Source: an uncultured Clostridia bacterium (GTDB lineage: Bacteria > Bacillota > Clostridia > TANB77 > CAG-508). From it: a stretch of 64,000 nucleotides of DNA. This document shows positions 58,155 to 64,000 of the stretch, piece by piece (the stretch's first letter is position 1; the number at the start of each line of letters is the position of its first letter). Under the pieces are notes generated by a model that made no database searches, was not told the origin of the DNA, and was given only the letters and a program-made list of their open reading frames with translations. The DNA is taken from assembly GCA_934130285.1 (NCBI GenBank), contig CAKOXT010000001.1:435232-499231 (forward strand), in the 5' to 3' direction. Made by a program: the position numbers and the translations under genes.

Positions 58155-59477
58155 CTAAATTTTTAAAATTCCCCATTTTCCATCTTTTTCCACAAACATT
58201 TTTTTATCATGCACACTTCTTGTTTCTTGATATTTGCATTTTACTACTTCTTCACCTTTTTCATTTATTATACCTGCTAACTTGTCTTTTTTTACTGCTG
58301 CATATCCATCTGTGAAGTCGTATGCTTCATCATAATCACAATTAATTGCAAGTTCACCTGTGGTTGTATCAAAATAACCTTTAGTTAATAATGTTGATTT
58401 GGCAAAATCTATTGAAAAACTTTCAGGTAAATCTGCGTCCTTGGCTGCTATTCCTGTATTTGTTACTAAATCTATATCTGTACAGACTTTTAATTCTTTT
58501 TTAGTAGTCGTGTTTGCTTTTACTAAAGTACACTCTTGTGAAGGACTGTTGTAATAAATTGCTGGTCCATGATGATCATAAAAATATGTTCCTTTATCTG
58601 TATTATTAATTATATTCACTTCTGTTGAAACTTTATAATCTTTGTCTAGTTTGTAGTATTTTTCTATATCTTTTACCACAATTCCTGTTTCTTTCTCATT
58701 TTCTGTTTTACCAATGTCATAATATTCTGTATTTAATATTTGGCTATATTTTGCTTCTAATATAATTTCTCCAGAATCATTGCTTATTAATCCTTGCTTT
58801 TTATCTTTTTCTATGATTGATACTTCTGCATTTAAATCCTTTATATCATCTGCATCGATTGTTGGCTCTTTTACCCAATTTTCATTTTCAGTAATTTCTG
58901 CCTGTAAAGATTTGTCATTTTCCTTTACTTCTTTATTTAAATTAATTACATTTTGTAAAGTTTTATCAAATTCTTCTACTTGTTTTTGAGCAACTTCTGG
59001 CAATATCCCTTGGTTATAACAATAGTAAATTCCAGCTATAATTAGAGCAGCAACTATAATCATAAAAATAATTTTATTAAATATTCTTTGAAAAATATTC
59101 TTTTTTATTTTTACTTTTTTCTTCTTTTTATTTTTTGTTTTTTCATCCTCTTTTTTCTTGAATTCTGAATTTGGAGTTTCTTCTTTATGTTGTGGCTGAT
59201 CAATTATTTCTAGTTCTATTCCTTCTTCTTTAGCTTGCCTAATTGCTTCAGCTTTTTCAGCTTCTTTTAATTCTTCTTCTCTCTTTAATTCTTCTTGTCT
59301 TCTAATTTCTTCTAATTTTTTTCTATCTTCTATCTCTTTTTTTCTTCTCTCTAATTCTTGTTCTCTTTTTAGTTCTTCCTCTTCTTGTTTTTTCTTTTCT
59401 TCTTCTATGTTTGCTCCGCATTTAGTACAAAACTTTACATTATCTGCAATTTCTTGATCACATTTTGGACATTTCAT
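58155..59477 (-). CDS. Zinc-ribbon domain membrane protein (paralog of 5139..7148)
   Basis: N-terminus MKCPKCDQEIADNVKFCTKCGANIEE, an E/K/R-rich coiled region, a TM (IIFMIIVAALIIAGIYY) and an extracytoplasmic domain. Confidence 0.55.
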   Translation of the reverse strand: MKCPKCDQEIADNVKFCTKCGANIEEEKKKQEEEELKREQELERRKKEIEDRKKLEEIRRQEELKREEELKEAEKAEAIRQAKEEGIELEIIDQPQHKEETPNSEFKKKEDEKTKNKKKKKVKIKKNIFQRIFNKIIFMIIVAALIIAGIYYCYNQGILPEVAQKQVEEFDKTLQNVINLNKEVKENDKSLQAEITENENWVKEPTIDADDIKDLNAEVSIIEKDKKQGLISNDSGEIILEAKYSQILNTEYYDIGKTENEKETGIVVKDIEKYYKLDKDYKVSTEVNIINNTDKGTYFYDHHGPAIYYNSPSQECTLVKANTTTKKELKVCTDIDLVTNTGIAAKDADLPESFSIDFAKSTLLTKGYFDTTTGELAINCDYDEAYDFTDGYAAVKKDKLAGIINEKGEEVVKCKYQETRSVHDKKMFVEKDGKWGILKI

Positions 59478-59508
59478 TTTCGATTCCTCCTACTTTAAGA
59501 TGTTAATC

Positions 59509-62121
59509 TTATTTTAATTTTTCCTTTATTTTAACAATTGTATTTAGAGCATCTATAGGTGTTAATTCATTTACATTTATTTTGTCTAATTCTGAAGCTA
59601 TATCAGCTAATTTATAATTGTACATATCTAATTGTCCAGTTACTTGCTTCTTCATTTCTTTCTCTTCTTGTTTCTCTTTTATTTTAACTTTTTTCTCTAA
59701 AGTTTTCAATATCTCATTTGCTCTTGTTAACATTTTTTTAGGTGCTCCTGCTAATTTAGCTACATGTATACCATAGCTTTCGTCAGTTCCACCTGGAATA
59801 ATTTTTCTTAAGAAAATTACATCTTCGCCTTTTTCTTTTACTGCTATTTGATAATTTTTTACACCTTCCAATTTTTCTTCAAGTGATGTCAATTCATGAT
59901 AATGTGTCGCAAATAAAGTTTTGCAACCTATGTTATTTGTATCTGCAATATATTCTGCAACAGCCCATGCAATAGCTAATCCGTCATATGTCGATGTTCC
60001 TCTTCCTATCTCATCTAAGATTACCAAACTATTTTTAGTAGCATTTTTTAATATGTTCGCAACTTCTGACATTTCAACCATGAAAGTACTTTGTCCCATA
60101 CTTAAATCATCTGAAGCTCCAACTCTTGTAAATATTTTGTCTACAACTCCTATTTTTGCTGAAGATGCTGGAACAAAACAACCTATCTGTGCCATAAGTG
60201 TTATTAATGCAACTTGTCTCATATATGTTGATTTTCCTGCCATATTTGGCCCTGTTATTATAGAAAGTCTATCATCTCTTCTATTTAAATATGTATCATT
60301 TTCAACAAATGAACCATTATCAATCATTCTTTCGATTACTGGGTGTCTTCCATCTTTTATAAGGATTTCATCTTCTTCGTCTACTTTTGGCATACAGTAT
60401 TCATAATCTTCTGCAATATTTGCAAAATCATTTAATACATCTACTATAGCAACAACTGTTGATGATTTTTGTATTCTTTCAATTTGTGAAGATATTTTTG
60501 TTCTAATTTTTACGAATTCATCATATTCTAATGTAACAATTCTTTCTTCAGCACCTAAAACTTTATCTTCAATTGATTTTAATTCTTCTGTTATAAATCT
60601 TTCTGCTCCTGTCAATGTTTGTTTTCTAATGTATCTATCTGTTGGAACTTGTTTTAAGAAAGACTTTGTTACTTCAATATAATATCCAAAAACTTTTGTA
60701 TAACCAACTTTTAAATTTTTAATTCCTGTTAGTTCTTTCTCTTTAGCTTCAATATTTACAAGCCAGCTTTTTCCTTCGATTGCAGCTCTTTTACATTCAT
60801 CTATTTCTTCACTATATCCTGTTTTTATTATTCCACCTTCTTTTATTGTAATTGGTGGTTCGTCAACTATTGATTTTTCAATCAATTCAGTTACATCTTT
60901 TAATTCATCTAAATCAGAATATAATTTTTTTAACATCTTTGAATTGGTTTGACTTAATTCTGTTTTCAATTCAGGTAATTTGCTTAAAGAACTTTTTAAA
61001 GAAATTAAATCTCTTGCATTTGCATTTCCATAAGAGATTCTTCCAGCTAATCTTTCTATATCATATACTCTATTTAATGTTTCTAGGATATCTCCTCTTA
61101 AAATCATATTTTCTTTTAATTCTTTAACAGCTTCTAATCTTTCATTTATTTCTTTTACATCTACTAGTGGGTCATTAATCCATCTTCTTAACATTCTTCC
61201 ACCCATTGATGTTGCTGTTTTATCTAATACCCATAATAGAGTTCCCTTCTTAGATTTATCTCTCATTCTATCAGTTAACTCTAGGTTTCTTCTTGCATTT
61301 ACATCTAATGCCATATATTTAGTTGTTTTATATAATTGAATTGTATTTATATGATCTAATTTTATTTTTTGTGTTGCATTCAAATATGAAGTTAATCCAT
61401 TTATTGCTGCTATTGCAAATAAATTGTCTTTTAGCCCGCTTCCTGTTTCATTTTTAAAAGTATACATTCTCTCAAGAAAATCAGTTTCTTCAGAAAAGCT
61501 ATCTTCTTCTACATTTGATATACATACATTTATTCTGTCTTTTATTCTTGCAATTTCTTTTTCTGATTCATACATCATTTTATTAGCCACAATTTCTGCT
61601 GGCATAAATCTTGCAATTTCATCTAATAATTTTTCAAAGTTATTTTCTTCTGTAATTTGAGTGGCTAAAAAATCACCTGTGCTTACATCGCATACTGCAA
61701 TTCCAAAGAACAATCCTTTTTTTACTATTGACATTATGAAATTATTCTTTTTCTCATCTAGTAAATTGCTTTCAATAACAGTTCCAGGAGTTACTACTCT
61801 TATTACATCTCTTTTTACTATGCCTTTTGCTGTTTTAGGATCTTCTAGCTGTTCACATATTGCTACTTTATAGCCTTTTGATATAAGTTTTGCAATATAC
61901 ATTTCTGCTGCATGGAAAGGTACTCCGCACATTGGTGCTCTTTCCTCTAATCCGCACGCTCTACCAGTTAATGTTATTTCCAATTCTCTTGATGCTGTTA
62001 TGGCATCATCAAAAAACATTTCATAGAAATCTCCTAATCTGTAAAATAGTATGCAATCTTTGTATTCTTCTTTTTTCTCCATGTAGTGTTGCATCATTGG
62101 GGATAGTTGTTGGTCTGCCAT
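59509..62121 (-). CDS. mutS: DNA mismatch repair protein MutS
   Basis: 870 aa with Walker A GPNMAGKST and the canonical N-terminus MADQQLSPMMQHYMEKKEEYKDCILFYRLGDFYEMF. Confidence 0.9.
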   Translation of the reverse strand: MADQQLSPMMQHYMEKKEEYKDCILFYRLGDFYEMFFDDAITASRELEITLTGRACGLEERAPMCGVPFHAAEMYIAKLISKGYKVAICEQLEDPKTAKGIVKRDVIRVVTPGTVIESNLLDEKKNNFIMSIVKKGLFFGIAVCDVSTGDFLATQITEENNFEKLLDEIARFMPAEIVANKMMYESEKEIARIKDRINVCISNVEEDSFSEETDFLERMYTFKNETGSGLKDNLFAIAAINGLTSYLNATQKIKLDHINTIQLYKTTKYMALDVNARRNLELTDRMRDKSKKGTLLWVLDKTATSMGGRMLRRWINDPLVDVKEINERLEAVKELKENMILRGDILETLNRVYDIERLAGRISYGNANARDLISLKSSLSKLPELKTELSQTNSKMLKKLYSDLDELKDVTELIEKSIVDEPPITIKEGGIIKTGYSEEIDECKRAAIEGKSWLVNIEAKEKELTGIKNLKVGYTKVFGYYIEVTKSFLKQVPTDRYIRKQTLTGAERFITEELKSIEDKVLGAEERIVTLEYDEFVKIRTKISSQIERIQKSSTVVAIVDVLNDFANIAEDYEYCMPKVDEEDEILIKDGRHPVIERMIDNGSFVENDTYLNRRDDRLSIITGPNMAGKSTYMRQVALITLMAQIGCFVPASSAKIGVVDKIFTRVGASDDLSMGQSTFMVEMSEVANILKNATKNSLVILDEIGRGTSTYDGLAIAWAVAEYIADTNNIGCKTLFATHYHELTSLEEKLEGVKNYQIAVKEKGEDVIFLRKIIPGGTDESYGIHVAKLAGAPKKMLTRANEILKTLEKKVKIKEKQEEKEMKKQVTGQLDMYNYKLADIASELDKINVNELTPIDALNTIVKIKEKLK

Positions 62122-62137
62122 TTTTTATCCTTCTTTC

Positions 62138-63448
62138 TTATTTCTGAATTTCTCCTGCTAAATACCACTTATGTTCTTCTGTAATTTTAATATCTATCAT
62201 TTTGCCAATCAATTCTTCATTTCCTTTAAAGTTTACAACTTTGTTTGTATCTGTCCTTCCTGTTAATGTCTCTTTGTCATTTTTACTATATCCGTCTACT
62301 AATATTCTTTGTGTTGTTCCTATGTATTTTTGATTGTTTTCTGAAACTCTACTATCAAATAATTCTTTTAGTCTATCAAATCTTTGGTGTTTTATTTCTT
62401 CCGGAATTTGATTTTCCATCTTATCTGCAACTGTTCCTTCTCTTCTTGAATATATAAACATATATACTTGTTCGTAATTTACTTTTCTAACTACATCTAA
62501 TGTGTCTTCAAAGTCTTCTTCTGTTTCATCCGGAAAGCCAACTATTATATCAGTAGATAAAACAATATCAGGTATTCTAGTTTTCATTTTGTCCACTAAG
62601 GCAAGATATTGTTCTTTAGTATATTTTCTGTTCATTTTTTTTAATACTTCTGAGCTTCCTGATTGTAATGGTAAGTGGATTACTCTTGCTATTTTGGAAT
62701 TATTGGCAATAGCTTCAATTACATCGTCTGTAAAATCTTTTGGATGTGGTGAAATAAATCTTATTCTTTCAATTCCATCTATTTTACAAACATCATTTAA
62801 TAAATTAGCAAATTTGTATCCTTCACCACCATTATATGAATTTACATTTTGTCCTAATAGTGTTATTTCTTTATATCCTTCTTCTGCTAATTCTTTTACT
62901 TCATTTAATATATCTTCTGGTTTTCTACTTCTTTCTCTTCCTCTTACATAAGGAACAATACAATATGTGCAGAAATTATTGCATCCGTACATAATTGTTA
63001 CAGAAGCTTTTGATGAGTCATTTCTTTTTATTGGTAGTCCTTCAATTACTTCACCATCAATATCTATTACATCTCTTACTCTTTTTCCACTTTCTAATGT
63101 CTTTTTTAGATCTTCTTCAAATTTATGTAATGTATGTGTTCCAAAAACTATATCTGTGTAATTATAACTTTTCTTAATTTTTTCTAGCATAGCTGGTTCT
63201 TGCATCATACAACCACCTATAGCTATAATAGTTCCTTTTTCCTCTTTTTGCTTTTTTAATTCTCCTAATTTACCAAATAATCTTTCTTCTGCATTTTCTC
63301 TTACACAGCACGTATTATAAATTACTAAATCTGCTTCTTCTAGTTTTTCAGTCTTTTCGAATCCCATTTTTTCAACGATTCCAGCTATTTTTTCTGAATC
63401 GTTTTCATTTAATTGGCATCCCATTGTTGTTATGTAATATTTTTTCAT
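62138..63448 (-). CDS. miaB: tRNA-2-methylthio-N6-dimethylallyladenosine synthase (radical SAM methylthiotransferase)
   Basis: N-terminal MTTase domain (TMGCQLNENDSE), radical SAM motif CNNFCTYC and a TRAM domain. Size 436 aa. Confidence 0.9.
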   Translation of the reverse strand: MKKYYITTMGCQLNENDSEKIAGIVEKMGFEKTEKLEEADLVIYNTCCVRENAEERLFGKLGELKKQKEEKGTIIAIGGCMMQEPAMLEKIKKSYNYTDIVFGTHTLHKFEEDLKKTLESGKRVRDVIDIDGEVIEGLPIKRNDSSKASVTIMYGCNNFCTYCIVPYVRGRERSRKPEDILNEVKELAEEGYKEITLLGQNVNSYNGGEGYKFANLLNDVCKIDGIERIRFISPHPKDFTDDVIEAIANNSKIARVIHLPLQSGSSEVLKKMNRKYTKEQYLALVDKMKTRIPDIVLSTDIIVGFPDETEEDFEDTLDVVRKVNYEQVYMFIYSRREGTVADKMENQIPEEIKHQRFDRLKELFDSRVSENNQKYIGTTQRILVDGYSKNDKETLTGRTDTNKVVNFKGNEELIGKMIDIKITEEHKWYLAGEIQK

Positions 63449-63463
63449 ATTTTTTCCTTTCTA

Positions 63464-64000
63464 TTATTCCTTATGATATAACTCTGGATATATAAATTCT
63501 TGTCCATTTTCTGTTATTGTTTGATTTAGAAAATGATTTGTATTAATATTATCACCTTGGCAAAAATACTTGTATCTATTTTCATCCGGCAATTTATTTC
63601 CATTTATTATTATTGGGTCATCCCATGTGACATCTACTGAATACCATTGTTCATTTATTTTTACATAATTCCACATGTGATTTTCTCTTGTACCTTCTGA
63701 GTTTTCCGCTTCACCTGAAACTAGTATACATGGTATTTCTAGTTTATCTAATAAATATTTGAATGTTTTTGCATATCCTTCACATACTACTTTTTTATTT
63801 ATTAGTGCTCCATATATGTCTCTATTATTTTCTGCTGAGTATGTTGTGTCATACTCTAAGTTGTCTATTAACCAATTGTGAATATATTGTATTTGCTGAT
63901 AATTACTTCCATGTGCATTTTCTAAAATTTCACTTGATACAGCTTCAATTTCAGCTAATTGCTCATCTATCTCCTCTGATAAAATATCATCTTTCAGATA
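63464..64000 (-). CDS. Transglutaminase-like domain protein (C-terminal part only; N-terminus beyond the window end)
   Basis: The in-frame upstream translation reads ...YGALINKKVVCEGYAKTFKYLLDKLEIPCILVSGEAENSEGTRENHMWNYVKINEQWYSVDVTWDD. The Cys (VCEGYA), His (HMWNYV) and Asp (VDVTWDD) of the transglutaminase-like core are present in order. Confidence 0.55.
   Translation of the reverse strand, partial: YLKDDILSEEIDEQLAEIEAVSSEILENAHGSNYQQIQYIHNWLIDNLEYDTTYSAENNRDIYGALINKKVVCEGYAKTFKYLLDKLEIPCILVSGEAENSEGTRENHMWNYVKINEQWYSVDVTWDDPIIINGNKLPDENRYKYFCQGDNINTNHFLNQTITENGQEFIYPELYHKE

Noticed and set aside
1-64000. CRISPR arrays, rRNA operons, IS elements or integrase/transposase genes
   Set aside because: I scanned for regularly spaced short direct repeats, rRNA-like GC-rich stretches and DDE/tyrosine-recombinase signatures and found none. 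The only repeats are the 118-bp pair and the nested palindrome, reported separately.

Overview
This is a low-GC (roughly 25–30% by eye) Firmicutes/Clostridia-type chromosomal segment, with most genes on the minus strand. The backbone is core housekeeping: argS, pfkA, a complete spoIIIAA–AH sporulation operon, holA, murB, a rpsO–pnp unit, clpP–clpX, tig, tsf–rpsB, tsaD, splB, lysS, typA, asnB, mutS, miaB and one tRNA-Leu(CAA). I found no CRISPR array, rRNA, IS element or integrase.

The observations I would look at again are:
- Three separate single-gene cassettes with conspicuously elevated G+C (about 40–45% by rough hand count), each with its own promoter, ribosome-binding site and terminator. 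They look horizontally acquired, and I could not assign a family to any of the three ORFs.
- A divergent, solitary RelA/SpoT-synthetase-domain (small alarmone synthetase-like) gene on the opposite strand. It sits in an insertion that splits the normally adjacent U32-peptidase (trhP-like) and trmR-like tRNA-modification genes. The same insertion carries ppaC, a 166-bp nested palindrome and GC-rich cassette 3.
- A 118-bp intergenic element present in two near-identical copies about 50.8 kb apart.
- A +1 frameshift inside the Walker A motif of spoIIIAA.
- A sortase gene immediately downstream of a small LAYTG-anchored substrate, in a putative operon that also includes one of three paralogous zinc-ribbon membrane proteins.
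- Two proteins sharing an atypical prepilin-like N-terminus (GIT[LM]I[AV]LVITI, no Glu+5), one of which carries a vWA module.
- A large membrane-anchored papain-like (C1) protease fused to internalin-like leucine-rich repeats.

None of this amounts to a confirmed novel system. The most defensible candidates are the GC-rich cassettes and the orphan RelA/SpoT-like gene with its insertion context.
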